Part shown: positions 49,312 through 60,587 of the stretch, one piece after another
Layout of the letters: every line of letters starts with the position of its first letter
Numbering within the stretch: position 1 is the stretch's first letter
Assembly: GCA_963663165.1 (NCBI GenBank)
Contig: OY760175.1
Span: 5,568,001 to 5,632,000, forward strand
Direction: 5' to 3'
Length of the DNA: 64,000 bases
DNA from: an uncultured Desulfospira sp.
GTDB taxonomy: Bacteria; Desulfobacterota; Desulfobacteria; Desulfobacterales; Desulfobacteraceae
Made by a program: the position numbers and the translations under genes
Notes under the pieces: generated by a model
What the model was told of the DNA's origin: nothing
Database searches by the model: none
What the model saw: the letters and a program-made list of their open reading frames with translations, nothing else

Positions 49312-49875
49312 CTAAGACCGGCCGTCGATGATCCAGCGGGCGGCCTGGTACAGGTTGTCGGCAAAATGGTCCGGGGTGATGCCCTTTTGCTTTAAGGCCT
49401 TGCGGGCCGAAGGGCCTCTGCCAGTGGCCACCAGACAGGTGGCGCCGCATCCCCCATTTATGCCGCATTCTATGTCCCTGGCTGAGTCTCCTATCATGAC
49501 GGTGGTGCCAAGGTCTATGGCGTATTTTTTTTGGGCCTGATGGATCAGGCCGGGCAGGGGCTTTCTACAGGAACAGCCCTGGTCCGGCGCATGGGGACAA
49601 TAAAAAACGTCTTTTATCCGGCCCCCGGCGGCTGCAATGCCCTTTGTCATTTTTTCAAAAATGGCTTCAAGAGCGTCAAGGCCTACCATTTCACGGCCGA
49701 TCATGGACTGGTTGGTGATGATAATCACCTCAAACCCGTTTTGGTTGAGCAGGGCCACGGCTTCCGGGCTCTGGGGAATAAAGAAAAATTCCTCCGGGGA
49801 CTTGATATAGGCGTCAGAATCTTCATTAATGACCCCGTCCCGGTCCAGAAAAATTATTTTTTCACTGTGGCCCAT
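49312..49875 (-). CDS. gmhB: D-glycero-D-manno-heptose 1,7-bisphosphate phosphatase
   Basis: FLDRDGVIN, TNQS, CPH..C.CRKP, IGD. Confidence 0.9.
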   Translation of the reverse strand: MGHSEKIIFLDRDGVINEDSDAYIKSPEEFFFIPQSPEAVALLNQNGFEVIIITNQSMIGREMVGLDALEAIFEKMTKGIAAAGGRIKDVFYCPHAPDQGCSCRKPLPGLIHQAQKKYAIDLGTTVMIGDSARDIECGINGGCGATCLVATGRGPSARKALKQKGITPDHFADNLYQAARWIIDGRS

Positions 49876-50070
49876 AATATCTTTATTAGGTAAATAGGCT
49901 GAAGGCTGAAGGCGTTTAGGTTTGGTATCTGGCGGGAAACCAGTGTTTGGGCGCAAAGTTGCCCAGATGCAAGGCGCAGAAAAATTTGCAACCGGAGCAA
50001 CCATGGGGTTGTGAGGATTGCAGATTTTTCTGCAACGCAGCAGATGGGTGGCTTTGCGTTCAAACACCAT

Positions 50071-50868
50071 TTATTCTCCTACGGGGAAGGCGCTCTTAAA
50101 CAATCCCCTCTCCACAATCCGGTCGCTGAACTGCATGGCATCGTTAGCATTGGAAAAATGCCCGATCCTTACCCTGTAAAACCTTCCCCGGTAATCCTCA
50201 TAGGTGACCATGTGGGCGTTCTGATAGGATCTGGCCAGCATGTCCCGGTAGCTCTGGGCATTGGCAAAGCTTTTAAACGCCCCCACCTGTACCGAGAAAT
50301 TCCCCTTCCAGTAATCCATGGGTTTGAATTTAATGGGCGTGTGGCTGTTTTTGGCATAGGAAACCGCGCTGCCTAGGGCGGTGACCCTGACCTTTGCCGT
50401 GCCCTTGTCCGCAATGCCGATTTTTTTGGCCCCGGTATAAGACAGGTCTATGATCCGTCCTCGCACAAACGGTCCCCTGTCATTGATTCTTACCCTGATT
50501 TTTTGGCCGTTTTCAAGGTTATGAACCTCTACCCAGGTTTCCATGGGAAGGGTTTTATGGGCCGCGGTCATGGCATACATGTTATAGGTTTCGCCGTTGG
50601 AGGTTTTCCGGCCATGGAATTTTTTGCCGTACCAGGACGCAATCCCGGTCTGGGAAAATCCATTGGCGTCAGGAATGGGGTAGTATTTTTTCCCTTTTAT
50701 CCGGTAGGGTTTCTGGGTGGCCGGGGCAGTGTTTGAGTCATAGTCCCGGGAGGAATAACTGCCGTAGTAATCGGCTTCCACCTGTTTGGAACAGCCGGCC
50801 AGAAAAAAAATGATCAGGATCAAGAAACCGATCAGGGCAGGCAATGAGTTCAATAATTGGGGTTTCAT
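50071..50868 (-). CDS. rlpA: RlpA-family lipoprotein with SPOR domain
   Basis: LAGC lipobox, ASWYG, TAAHKTLP, INDRGPF, VQVGAF. Confidence 0.92.
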   Translation of the reverse strand: MKPQLLNSLPALIGFLILIIFFLAGCSKQVEADYYGSYSSRDYDSNTAPATQKPYRIKGKKYYPIPDANGFSQTGIASWYGKKFHGRKTSNGETYNMYAMTAAHKTLPMETWVEVHNLENGQKIRVRINDRGPFVRGRIIDLSYTGAKKIGIADKGTAKVRVTALGSAVSYAKNSHTPIKFKPMDYWKGNFSVQVGAFKSFANAQSYRDMLARSYQNAHMVTYEDYRGRFYRVRIGHFSNANDAMQFSDRIVERGLFKSAFPVGE

Positions 50869-53219
50869 AGGCTGAATGCGTTTTTCAGGACATCCTCCAT
50901 TTGATCCGTAAAATAAAAATCCATATGGGTTTTAATGTGGTCCGGCACTTCCTCCATGTCTTTTTCATTCCACAAGGGCAGGATAAGTGACCGGATGCCG
51001 GCCCTGTGCGCGGCAATGACTTTTTCTTTAATGCCGCCCACGGGCAGCAGGTCTCCGCGTAAGGTGATTTCACCGGTCATGGCCAGGCGGGGCTTGACCC
51101 TCTGCCCGCAGACCAGAGAGGACAGGGCGGTCAGGATGGTTACCCCGGCAGAGGGACCGTCCTTAGGGATAGCGCCTTCAGGGACATGGACATGGATGTC
51201 ATGGGTTTTAAAAAAAGATTCATCCACCTTGAGTTTTTCCGCATTGGCCCGGATATAGCTTAAGGCTGTTCTGGCCGACTCTTTCATGACATCCCCTAAC
51301 TGGCCGGTCAGGGTCAGTCTGCCGTTGCCTTTCATGGCGGCAGCCTCCACAAAGAGGATCTCACCGCCCACCGGGGTCCAGGCAAGTCCCACCACCACCC
51401 CGGGCTTTTTAACACTCAAGGCAAGGTCCGGCATATTTCTGACCGGGCCTAAATATTCGGGGATGTCCTTTTGGCCGATCACCAGGCTTTGGGCCTTGTC
51501 TTCGGCCACTTTGGCGGCGACCCCCCGGCAGACCGTGCCGATTTCCCGCTCCAGGTTGCGAAGTCCGGATTCCCGGGTATACCCGGATATGATCCGTTTG
51601 ACGGCCCCCGGGGTGATTTTGATCTGGCCGGCAGTAAGGCCGTTGGCTTCCCGCTGCCGGGGGATCAGGTACCGGGTGGCGATTTTAAGCTTTTCGTCCT
51701 CGGTGTAGCCGTTCAGCTCCAAGACTTCCATGCGGTCCCGCAGGGGGGCCGGAATGGTATGAAGCACATTGGCCGTGGTTAAGAACATGACATCGGACAG
51801 GTCAAAGGGCACGTCCAGGTAATGGTCGGAAAAGGAAAAATTCTGTTCCGGGTCCAGAACCTCAAGCAGGGCAGAGGACGGATCCCCATGGTAGGAGGAA
51901 TCTACTTTGTCTATTTCATCCAGCATAAAAACCGGGTTCTTTTTCCCGGCCTTTCGCAGGTGCTGGATAATTCTTCCGGGAAGCGCCCCCACATAAGTTC
52001 GCCGGTGTCCCCTGATCTCCGCCTCGTCCCTTACCCCGCCCAGGGCGATTCTGACAAATTTTCTGCCCAGAGCCCTGGCAATGGACCGGCCCAGGGAGGT
52101 TTTGCCGGTTCCCGGAGGCCCCACAAAACAGAGGATGGGGCCTTTGGAATCCTTTTTGAGTTTTCTGACGGCCAGGTATTCCAGAATCCGCTTTTTGGGC
52201 TTTTCAAGGCCGAAATGATCCTGGTTCAGCACCTGCCGGGCCTTGGGGATATCCAACCGGTCTTTGGATGCCTCATTCCACGGAAGGGATGTCAGCCAGT
52301 CCAGGTATGTGGATGCCACCACATATTCCGAAGACGAGGGATGCATCCTGGAAAGGCGCAAAAGCTCCCGGTCCGCCTCTTTCGCAGCCTCTTCCGGCAG
52401 CTGTTTCTTCTTGATCAACGCCTTGTATTCAAGGATTTCGACCCCCTGGTCCTCATTTTCTCCAAGCTCTTCCTTGATGGCCTTGAGTTGCTGGCGCAGA
52501 TAATATTCACGCTGGCGCTTGTCCATGTCCTCCTTGACCTGGCTCTGGATTTTGGAACCCATTTCAAGGATTTCAAGCTGGTCATTGACCATCCGGGTGA
52601 CTTTTTTCAACCGGCGGGTTACATCGAGAAGCTCAATGACTTTCTGCTTTTCCAGCACCGGGGCATTGATGGTGGAGGCCACCATATCGGCCAGGACGTT
52701 GGGTTCCTGAATGGACTTGATCATCTGGCTTAACTCAGAGGGCAGGCCCGGGGACAGATCCACTATTTTTTCATACTGCTCAACGATATTGGCCATCAAG
52801 GCCCGGTTTTCCACACTGGCCTGACTGTTTTTGCTTTCCATAACTTCAATGCGGGCCTGCATATAGGGCTTTCCATGAAGAAATTCAAGGACCTTGAACC
52901 GGTTTAGTCCCTGGATCATCAGCTGGGCTTTGTCATCTTCCATTTTGGACATTTTCAGGATCATGGCCACGGCCCCGATTTTGAAAAGGTCCTCTGCCGT
53001 ATGCTTTGTGTTGATGTCCGACCGCCGGGACAACAGCAGTCCGAGCATCCGGTTGCCGGCCATGGCTTCGTCTATCAGGTCCACCGCCTCCTTCTGGACC
53101 AGAACCAGGGGCAGCACCATTTTGGGAAACAGATTGGTATCCACAATGGGAAGAATGGGAATGGTTTGGGGGATATGGGCGCTGGAGATTTGTGCTGAAT
53201 GGGGGCTGATATCATCCAT
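50865..53219 (-). CDS. lon: Lon protease
   Basis: GPPGTGKT, HRRTYVGALPG, PKDGPSAG. Confidence 0.97.
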   Translation of the reverse strand: MDDISPHSAQISSAHIPQTIPILPIVDTNLFPKMVLPLVLVQKEAVDLIDEAMAGNRMLGLLLSRRSDINTKHTAEDLFKIGAVAMILKMSKMEDDKAQLMIQGLNRFKVLEFLHGKPYMQARIEVMESKNSQASVENRALMANIVEQYEKIVDLSPGLPSELSQMIKSIQEPNVLADMVASTINAPVLEKQKVIELLDVTRRLKKVTRMVNDQLEILEMGSKIQSQVKEDMDKRQREYYLRQQLKAIKEELGENEDQGVEILEYKALIKKKQLPEEAAKEADRELLRLSRMHPSSSEYVVASTYLDWLTSLPWNEASKDRLDIPKARQVLNQDHFGLEKPKKRILEYLAVRKLKKDSKGPILCFVGPPGTGKTSLGRSIARALGRKFVRIALGGVRDEAEIRGHRRTYVGALPGRIIQHLRKAGKKNPVFMLDEIDKVDSSYHGDPSSALLEVLDPEQNFSFSDHYLDVPFDLSDVMFLTTANVLHTIPAPLRDRMEVLELNGYTEDEKLKIATRYLIPRQREANGLTAGQIKITPGAVKRIISGYTRESGLRNLEREIGTVCRGVAAKVAEDKAQSLVIGQKDIPEYLGPVRNMPDLALSVKKPGVVVGLAWTPVGGEILFVEAAAMKGNGRLTLTGQLGDVMKESARTALSYIRANAEKLKVDESFFKTHDIHVHVPEGAIPKDGPSAGVTILTALSSLVCGQRVKPRLAMTGEITLRGDLLPVGGIKEKVIAAHRAGIRSLILPLWNEKDMEEVPDHIKTHMDFYFTDQMEDVLKNAFSL

Positions 53220-53361
53220 GAACTGTCCTCGTAACGGGCTTGAATCCTTCGTTGATGCGGTGCTGCCGGGATTTATGTAAAACTGCGCTCATATGTGATG
53301 CGTAACCTCAATGTTTTTTTGTAAATAAACCCGGGAAGGATTCCGGGTTGCCCGGGGGGCG

Positions 53362-53814
53362 TCAGGCAAAATCTATGGATATATTCCTTTTATGGTCCAT
53401 GTTCTGGGGCCGGGCTTTTCCTAAACTTAACTTGAGAAATCCATTGGTAAACGTTGCGGATACTTTTTCCACATCAATGGCAGTGGGCAGGTACAACACC
53501 CTCTCAAACTGGCCAAATTGAATTTCGGCCAGCCGGTAAGTGGCCGTGGGATGGGGCTGGTTGTTTTTCCGGGTTCCGGTGATTTTTACGGCCTTGCCTG
53601 AAACTTCGATAATGATATCTTCTTTTTTTACACCGGCAATCTCAGCCTGGATAATGATCTCCTCCCGGGTTTCGAACATATCCATCTGGGGCTTGAAGAT
53701 TGGTTTTGAAAAACAGAACATGGGGCTGACCGACTGAAACATATTTTCAAAAGATTTCTCCTGTCCCGAATGTGTTTCTATGCTGTCTCCGAACCTGATC
53801 TCAATATGTTTCAT
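53362..53814 (-). CDS. Hsp20/alpha-crystallin protein
   Basis: P.MDMFE, GQFER..LP, ATFTNGFL. Confidence 0.9.
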   Translation of the reverse strand: MKHIEIRFGDSIETHSGQEKSFENMFQSVSPMFCFSKPIFKPQMDMFETREEIIIQAEIAGVKKEDIIIEVSGKAVKITGTRKNNQPHPTATYRLAEIQFGQFERVLYLPTAIDVEKVSATFTNGFLKLSLGKARPQNMDHKRNISIDFA

Positions 53815-54190
53815 ATGTCCGCCGCAGGCTGCCGGATATATCCGGATCAGCCCAAATTAAAAATTGAAACGAAACCCCCTGATTTGTTTTACGCCTTTGC
53901 TGTAAGAATGATGCCATAAAACAGCAGGTTAACTTAGCAAAGATACCATTTGAAGGCGCCCTTGTAAAGCGCAATCGAAAAACGGGTTGCAAATTTTGGC
54001 CGTTTTTCTAGGGCCGGCCCCGCCCTTTTCTCGTCCCTGTTTGGTGCTCCGGCTTTTGATGGTTAATTTTTGCTGACCAAATGTTCATTTTATATGAAAG
54101 TCTCACTAACATCTTGAGAAGACTTTCATTATTTGTTGTGGGCGGTTCTTGGTTGGATAACCAAGACGGCCCGTGGCCGTTAGTCCTGAT

Positions 54191-55792
54191 TTATTTATCC
54201 AGGGTCTGCCTTAATGCCCGGGAAAATTCGAACATGGAATAGGGTTTTCGGATCAGCCCGTGGTATTCCCTTTCAGGAATTTTCTGCTCCTCCCGGGAAT
54301 GGCCCGCCGCCAGAAGGATTTTCACATCTTCTCGCATTTTCTTGATTTCAGCGATAAGCTTTATGAGATCCATCTTTACCATAGGCACATCCAGGGCCAC
54401 CAGTAGAATTTCATCCCCGTACATGGAGAATATTTTCAAGGCCTCCATACCGTCTCTGGCCGTGATGACGTTATACCCATGTTCCACAAGAAATTTTTTG
54501 CCCTGAATGAAGCCATTTTCCTTTTCATCCACCACCAGAATGGTTTCCGTTCCCTTGATTCCGGGGTCGATTTCACGGCTCTTGAGAAGCTCGCCAGGCC
54601 CGGCGCCGGGCAGTGCCGGAAGGCAGACATGAAAGATGGACCCCCTGCCAAGCTCACTGTCCACCGTAATAAACCCGCCATGGTTTTTGATGATTCCAAA
54701 TACCGTGGACAACCCCAGGCCCCGGCCTTTTTTATCGCCCACTTCTTTGGTGGAGAAAAACGGGTCAAATATTTTCTTTTGAATTTCCCTGCCCATGCCC
54801 ACGCCGGTATCTTTGATGCTGATTCGAATATAATCGCCGGGCTCAACGGTAAAGGGATAGTCATGGTTTTCGGGTACCGTGAAGTTCCGGGTGGATACAA
54901 AGATTTTGCCGTGGTCGGCAATGGCTTCTGATGCGTTTAACATTAGGTTAAGGCAGACCTGTTCCAACTGGGCCTGATCGCCTTCAATGGTGGCCAGGTC
55001 CTTTTCAAGGGATTTGCTCAGGTCCATATCCTTTCGGGTGGAACTGAAAATATCCAGGGCAATGGATACCACATTGTTTACATCCAGGGGAATGATCTGG
55101 TATTTTCCGCCCCTGGCAAAGCCTAAGAGCCGGTTGGTCAGTTCCGCGGCGGTTCCCACCAGTTCTTTGATCTGGTGGATGTGTGAGGTAATTTTTTCCG
55201 TGGCGGTTAAATCGATCCGCATCAGGGACAGGTGGCCCTGGATGCCCATCAGGATGTTATTGAAATCATGGGAAATTCCTCCGGCAAGGACCCCGATGGC
55301 CTCCATTTTCTGGGCCTGCTGGAGCTGGATCTGGAGGCTTTTGATCTCAGAGATGTCCGTGACAATCACGACGGTTCCCTTTTCCGGGCTTCGGGGATCC
55401 AGTAAAGACGCCCTGACCCGGCAGTCCAGAACGGTTCCGTCTTTTCGGGCCAGGCAGGTTTCGATCAGGGCGACACCGAATTTTTCCATCCCGGAAGACA
55501 ACTGTCTGCCGGCCCGGTAAAAATCGCTCTTTGAGGCAAAAAATGCCCGAAGGTCAATCCCCTTGAGGGTTCCGAACTCATAGCCGAACATGGCATATAA
55601 ATTTTCATTGGCCCAGACAAGGGTCCCGCTGGAGACAATCCCGATTCCGGCAGGCAAGGTTGCCAGAATGTTTTTCATCTGGTTCAGTGTCAGACAGTCC
55701 TGGTCTGAAATTTCACTGCAATCGCAGGGTCCGATCTCGTCAATGAGATTTTCCATCTCCATGCGGCCGTCCTTTTGCCTTTGAGTTGTCAT
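54191..55792 (-). CDS. PAS hybrid histidine kinase/receiver
   Basis: QAQKMEAIGVLAGGISHDFNN, DTGVG, GRGLGL, C-terminal REC domain. Confidence 0.92.
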   Translation of the reverse strand: MTTQRQKDGRMEMENLIDEIGPCDCSEISDQDCLTLNQMKNILATLPAGIGIVSSGTLVWANENLYAMFGYEFGTLKGIDLRAFFASKSDFYRAGRQLSSGMEKFGVALIETCLARKDGTVLDCRVRASLLDPRSPEKGTVVIVTDISEIKSLQIQLQQAQKMEAIGVLAGGISHDFNNILMGIQGHLSLMRIDLTATEKITSHIHQIKELVGTAAELTNRLLGFARGGKYQIIPLDVNNVVSIALDIFSSTRKDMDLSKSLEKDLATIEGDQAQLEQVCLNLMLNASEAIADHGKIFVSTRNFTVPENHDYPFTVEPGDYIRISIKDTGVGMGREIQKKIFDPFFSTKEVGDKKGRGLGLSTVFGIIKNHGGFITVDSELGRGSIFHVCLPALPGAGPGELLKSREIDPGIKGTETILVVDEKENGFIQGKKFLVEHGYNVITARDGMEALKIFSMYGDEILLVALDVPMVKMDLIKLIAEIKKMREDVKILLAAGHSREEQKIPEREYHGLIRKPYSMFEFSRALRQTLDK

Positions 55793-55882
55793 GGTAGCAT
55801 CTCCATTTGAATAAATTGACTACCAATTAATTAATTGATACTTAATATCATAATCTTTTACAGAATTTAAGGCCAATTAAAA

Positions 55883-57478
55883 TTGTTTGAAAAAAAAACC
55901 GTTCCTGGTATGCCCGACTTGGTTTATTTCCCATCCATTCTCAGCGGTTTGATGCTCACGGCCGGGTTCCCTTCCCTTAACGTGAATGTGTTGATGTTCG
56001 CGGCCCTGGCCCCTTTTCTGGTATCCCTTGAGGCCCTGGACCCGCGACAGGCGTTCTATGCAGGGGGGATCATGGGGCTTTGCCATTATATCACCCTGAT
56101 TTACTGGATTGTTCCCACCCTGTCCACCTATGGCGGTCTTCACCCGGTGTTGTCCCTGTCCGCCCTGATTCTGCTGTCAATTTACCTGTCCCTTTTTTTC
56201 GGCCTGTTTGCCTTTGGCATAAAAAAACTGGACCCGCCCCCGGTTATGCTTCCCCTGGCAGGGGGGTGCCTCTGGGCCGGCCTTGAGTGGATCAGGACCT
56301 ATGCGCTGACCGGGTTTGCCTGGGGGGCCTTGGGGTACAGCCAGTATACCCACCTGTTCCTGATTCAGGCCGCAGATCTTGCCGGGGTTCTGGGGATTTC
56401 ATTTCTGATTCTGGTGAGCAACCATGCCATCGCGTTATGCTGGCAGGTTTTTGCCCCTTCTTTCGCCGGTAAACGGCCTGCTAAAAAACAGGTTCTGGCC
56501 TGCCTGGCTTATGGAATGATTCTGTTTGGAGCTGTTTTGGGGTACGGCCGGCATAGAATCCAAACCATGGATCAGATCATGGCATCCTGTCCCGGTCCAA
56601 CGGTTTCCGTTATCCAGGGCAATATCCGCCAGGAGCTTAAATGGAGCCAGGAATTTAAAACATCGACCATGGAAAAATACGGGGCACTGTCCCTTGAAGC
56701 GGCCCGATCCAACCCGGATCTTCTGGTGTGGCCTGAAACCGCCCTGCCGTTTTATTATGGCTATGATATGGATTATACCCCGGTGATGGATCAGATTGTT
56801 CAAAGGGCCGGGACCAGTTTTTTAATCGGCAGTCCGGCCTTTGAAAGAACCCGGGAAAGCATTTTATTTTTTAACCGGGCCACCATGCTCAATCCCCTGG
56901 GTCTTGAGGCAGGCCATTATGACAAAACCCATTTGGTTCCCTTTGGGGAGTATGTTCCCTTTGGAGAAATTCTTCAATTTTTGGGAAAGCTTACCGAGCA
57001 GGCCGGTGATTTTACCCCGGGGCATACCGGGTTTGTCCCCTTAACCTTTGCCGCCAAGGATAACCAGAAATTTCAAACCGGGGTCCTGATTTGTTTTGAA
57101 ATTCTTTTTCCTTCCATTTCCGCGAAGTTTACCCGGGCCGGGGCTGATTTTTTGACCACCACCACCAATGATGCCTGGTTCGGCAGAACATCTGCCCCTT
57201 TTCAGCATTTTTCCATCGCTGTTTTAAGGGCCGTTGAGAACCGGCGCAGCATTGTCCGCGCCGCCAACACCGGAATATCCGGGTTTATCGATCCGGTCGG
57301 GCGGATGGTGGCACAGACCGCCTTGTTCCAGGATGCCGTTGTTACCCGAAAGGTGCCGGTGGTGACGGACATCACCGTTTATTCCCGGCACCCGGATTTG
57401 TTTGGTTTAACCGCACTGGTTGCATTCCTGGCAGCCTTTGTGGTAAAAGCTTCAAAAAAAACCTTGAGGAGATCTTAA
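55883..57478 (+). CDS. lnt: Apolipoprotein N-acyltransferase
   Basis: QGN, WPE, YDK.HLVPFGEY, LICFE, NDAWFG, RAANTGIS. Confidence 0.95.
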   Translation: MFEKKTVPGMPDLVYFPSILSGLMLTAGFPSLNVNVLMFAALAPFLVSLEALDPRQAFYAGGIMGLCHYITLIYWIVPTLSTYGGLHPVLSLSALILLSIYLSLFFGLFAFGIKKLDPPPVMLPLAGGCLWAGLEWIRTYALTGFAWGALGYSQYTHLFLIQAADLAGVLGISFLILVSNHAIALCWQVFAPSFAGKRPAKKQVLACLAYGMILFGAVLGYGRHRIQTMDQIMASCPGPTVSVIQGNIRQELKWSQEFKTSTMEKYGALSLEAARSNPDLLVWPETALPFYYGYDMDYTPVMDQIVQRAGTSFLIGSPAFERTRESILFFNRATMLNPLGLEAGHYDKTHLVPFGEYVPFGEILQFLGKLTEQAGDFTPGHTGFVPLTFAAKDNQKFQTGVLICFEILFPSISAKFTRAGADFLTTTTNDAWFGRTSAPFQHFSIAVLRAVENRRSIVRAANTGISGFIDPVGRMVAQTALFQDAVVTRKVPVVTDITVYSRHPDLFGLTALVAFLAAFVVKASKKTLRRS

Positions 57479-57481
57479 GTC

Positions 57482-58571
57482 ATGAGTGCAGAATTAAAAC
57501 AAGCCCTGTTAAATCTTACCGCCAAAGCTGAAAAGCTCAAGGAGTATCTTTGACCTGCCGGTCAAACTCAAACGCCTCCGGGAAATAGAACATTTCAGTG
57601 CCAGAGAGGATTTCTGGAACGACGCAGACAAGGCCACAGACCTGTTAAGGGAGCAGAATATCCTTTCAAATCTCGTGGACACCTGTGAATCCATTTTCAG
57701 CGAAATTGATGATGCCAATGTCCTTTTGGAACTGGCCAGGGAAGAAGAAGACCGGGAAAGCGAGCAGGAAGTGGCCGGCCTGGTCAAAACCCTTGAAAAA
57801 AAGATTAAAAAATTCTCCCTGGACATTACCCTGGACAGCGAGGACGACGCCAGGAATGCCCTGGTGTCCATCAATGCCGGGGCCGGGGGCACAGACTCCC
57901 AGGACTGGGCCGAGATGCTGTTTCGCATGTATACCCGCTGGATCGATAAAAAAGGGTATAAAATGAAGGTGATTGACTATCAGCCCGGGGACGAGGCCGG
58001 GATCAAAGGCGTCACCCTCCAGGTTTCAGGAGAAAACTGCTATGGGTTCATGAAGGTGGAATCCGGGGTTCACCGCCTGGTCCGGATTTCCCCCTTCAAT
58101 GCCAGCGGAAAACGGCACACCTCCTTTGCCTCGGTGTTTGTCTATCCTGAAATCAAAGATGAAATTAAAATTGATATTGATGAAGGGGACCTGCGCATTG
58201 ACGTCTACCGGGCCAGCGGTTCCGGGGGGCAGCATGTCAACAAGACCAGTTCGGCTGTGCGCATCACCCATCTGCCCACCGGCGTGGTGGTCCAGTGCCA
58301 GCAGGAGCCGTCCCAGCACCGGAACAAGGAAATTGCCATGAAGGTTCTCAAGTCCCGGCTTTACCGGCTTGAGCAGGAAAAACAGGACCAGAAAATGCAA
58401 AGCCTCTATGAGGGCAAAGACGACATTGCCTTTGGCAACCAGATCCGCTCCTATGTCCTTCACCCCTACCGGCTCGTAAAAGACCACCGGACCGGCCAGG
58501 AAATCGGTGATGTGGACCGGGTCCTGAACGGTGACCTTGATCCGTTTATTGAAGGGGTGCTGCTGTCTTGA
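57482..58571 (+). CDS. prfB: Peptide chain release factor 2 with programmed +1 frameshift
   Basis: AGGAG-TAT-CTT-TGA-C at 57540-57554; SPF and GGQ motifs. Confidence 0.96.
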
Positions 58572-58574
58572 ATA

Positions 58575-58646
58575 GCTTTTAGCTGTTAGCCATCAGCTTT
58601 CAGATCCCCGTCGGCTAACAGCTAACAGCTAAAGGCTAACAGCTAA
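58575..58646. repeat. Inverted arrays of 7-nt repeats (GCTAACA-like)
   Basis: GCTTTTA GCTGTTA GCCATCA ... GCTAACA GCTAACA GCTAAAG GCTAACA. Confidence 0.7.
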
Positions 58647-58652
58647 TAAACA

Positions 58653-59213
58653 ATGAATCCAGACAAAATTATCGATAAATATTACCCGCCGGGCTCCCGT
58701 CTCAATGCCCTGCTCAAGGACCACGGACACAAGGTGGCCCAAAAAAGCCTTGAAATTGCCAAGAACCTTCCCAAAGACCAGCAGGTGCTTCTGGACCTGA
58801 AGTTTTTGGAAAATGCCGCCATTCTCCACGACATCGGCATATTTAAGACCAGTTCCCCATCCATTGGATGCCAGGGAGACCTGCCCTATGTCTGTCACGG
58901 ATATCTGGGCCGGGAAATTCTGGATAACGAAGGGCTTGACCCGGCCTATGGCCTGGTGGCCGAACGGCATACCGGTGCCGGCATCACCCTTGAAAACATT
59001 ATCACCAACAACCTTCCCCTTCCCCACCGGGACCTGGTTCCCGTGACCCTGGAAGAAAAAATTATCTGCTGCGCGGACAAATATTTTTCAAAAAATTCCA
59101 AAAAAGCAGACCGGGAAATGACAGCTAAGAAAATTCTGAAAAAGCTGAACAAAATTAGCCCGGATCACGGGCAGCGGTTTGCCCTCTGGGTTAAAGAGTT
59201 TAAGCTTAAATAG
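58653..59213 (+). CDS. HD-domain protein
   Basis: H..V, LHDIG, HG..G, RH, ADK motifs. Confidence 0.88.
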   Translation: MNPDKIIDKYYPPGSRLNALLKDHGHKVAQKSLEIAKNLPKDQQVLLDLKFLENAAILHDIGIFKTSSPSIGCQGDLPYVCHGYLGREILDNEGLDPAYGLVAERHTGAGITLENIITNNLPLPHRDLVPVTLEEKIICCADKYFSKNSKKADREMTAKKILKKLNKISPDHGQRFALWVKEFKLK

Positions 59214-59224
59214 TGTTTGAACGA

Positions 59225-60109
59225 TTAAGAACTGGGAAAATCCTCATATATGTCGGGGAAATGCACTTTGTCAAAAAACGTATGAAGAAGAATTTTTTCA
59301 ACCGTCTCTTTGTGTTCTCCATCGGATAAAAAGTGGACATAGACCGGATATTGATGCCGGGCAGATCCCTGGACAATAAAAACGCGCTTTTCCTCAAGGA
59401 GGCGGGACACAAAACGCCTGGGCAGAAAAATCGTGCCGCCGTTTTCCAGGAAAAAATTTAAGGCCAGTTTGGCCGAGTTGGTGCGCAGGGCAGGGCGGGG
59501 CAGCAAATCCATTGACTGGGCATAGGCCACGGAAGGGTTTTTCCCCCAGTCAACCATGATATGATCCAGTTTCAAAGCTTCATTCAGGTCCATATCCGGG
59601 CTCAGGCAAAGCATGACCAGTTCGATTTCCCCCATCTTCCGGGAAACAAGGTTGGGCATGGGCAGGGCATCATAGGAAAAACAGATATCAATTCGCCGTT
59701 CCAGCACTTCTCTTATCAGGGTGTCATGGGGTTCTACTGAAACGGCAAAGGTCATTTCGGGCAGGGTGTGATGAAGATGGCTTACCAGGGGCAGCAGCAT
59801 ATTCTCCCACAGGCTTGAGACCCCGCCAATCCGTAAAGAAGGCCTTGGTTCTTCTTCCAGGGAAAGGGTTATGCAGGCTTTATCCCAGGCCTGGAGGACC
59901 TCTTTTGCGTGACGGACCAGTTTTTCACCATAATGGGTCAACTGGATATTATTTCGTTGCCGGTTAAACAACGGCCGTCCCACTTCCTGCTCAAGGAGCC
60001 GAACCCTCGCGCTGACAGCCGATTGGGTGACGTTCAGCCTGTTGGCGGCCTTGCCGAAATGGCGGGTTTGAACCAGTTCCATAAAAGTCTTGAGCAGTTC
60101 CGTATCCAT
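59225..60109 (-). CDS. LysR-family regulator (HdfR-like)
   Basis: MDTELLKTF.E...RHFG.AA..L..TQSAVS.R. Confidence 0.9.
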   Translation of the reverse strand: MDTELLKTFMELVQTRHFGKAANRLNVTQSAVSARVRLLEQEVGRPLFNRQRNNIQLTHYGEKLVRHAKEVLQAWDKACITLSLEEEPRPSLRIGGVSSLWENMLLPLVSHLHHTLPEMTFAVSVEPHDTLIREVLERRIDICFSYDALPMPNLVSRKMGEIELVMLCLSPDMDLNEALKLDHIMVDWGKNPSVAYAQSMDLLPRPALRTNSAKLALNFFLENGGTIFLPRRFVSRLLEEKRVFIVQGSARHQYPVYVHFLSDGEHKETVEKILLHTFFDKVHFPDIYEDFPSS

Positions 60110-60244
60110 AATTCGGTAATCAACGACAATTTTTTTTTATCAATTCAATCATTTTATTTTGTTTTACCAGGAAATAGAAAGAAGATAAATAAGTATGCGC
60201 CTGAAGGCAGTTTAATTAACGCATATTTTTCAAAGGAGAAAATA

Positions 60245-60472
60245 ATGAAAAAAAAATTGATTACCCTTGCCGCTGCCCTTACCATAATGTTAACGGCACC
60301 GGCCATATGGGCAGCGGAACAGGAAGGGCCGACCGAAGATGATTGCCGGGCAATGGCCATCGAACAGAATATTCCGGAAGACGAGGTCGAGCAGTTCGTT
60401 GCGGATTGCCTGGCTGACCTGGCAAAGTCTGAATCCGGTGAGCAGAATGAGGAAGCCCCGGTAAAAGAATAA
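60245..60472 (+). CDS. Small secreted acidic protein with two Cys
   Basis: AAGGAG RBS, signal peptide; divergent from the LysR gene. Confidence 0.75.
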   Translation: MKKKLITLAAALTIMLTAPAIWAAEQEGPTEDDCRAMAIEQNIPEDEVEQFVADCLADLAKSESGEQNEEAPVKE

Positions 60473-60587
60473 GACATATGTCCTGAAAAATGGTTCCCGG
60501 CCAATGCCGGGAACCATTTTGAACTTAAATCCGATGTGTTCCGGCAAAGGGGCACAGGGATAAAAAAAATAGTAACTTACGGGTCTG

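Noticed and set aside
51822..52733. 303-aa plus-strand ORF and other long antisense ORFs in 47-64 kb
   Set aside because: These are shadows of well-supported genes on the opposite strand.
57540..57554. In-frame stop in prfB as a pseudogene
   Set aside because: It is the canonical programmed +1 frameshift.
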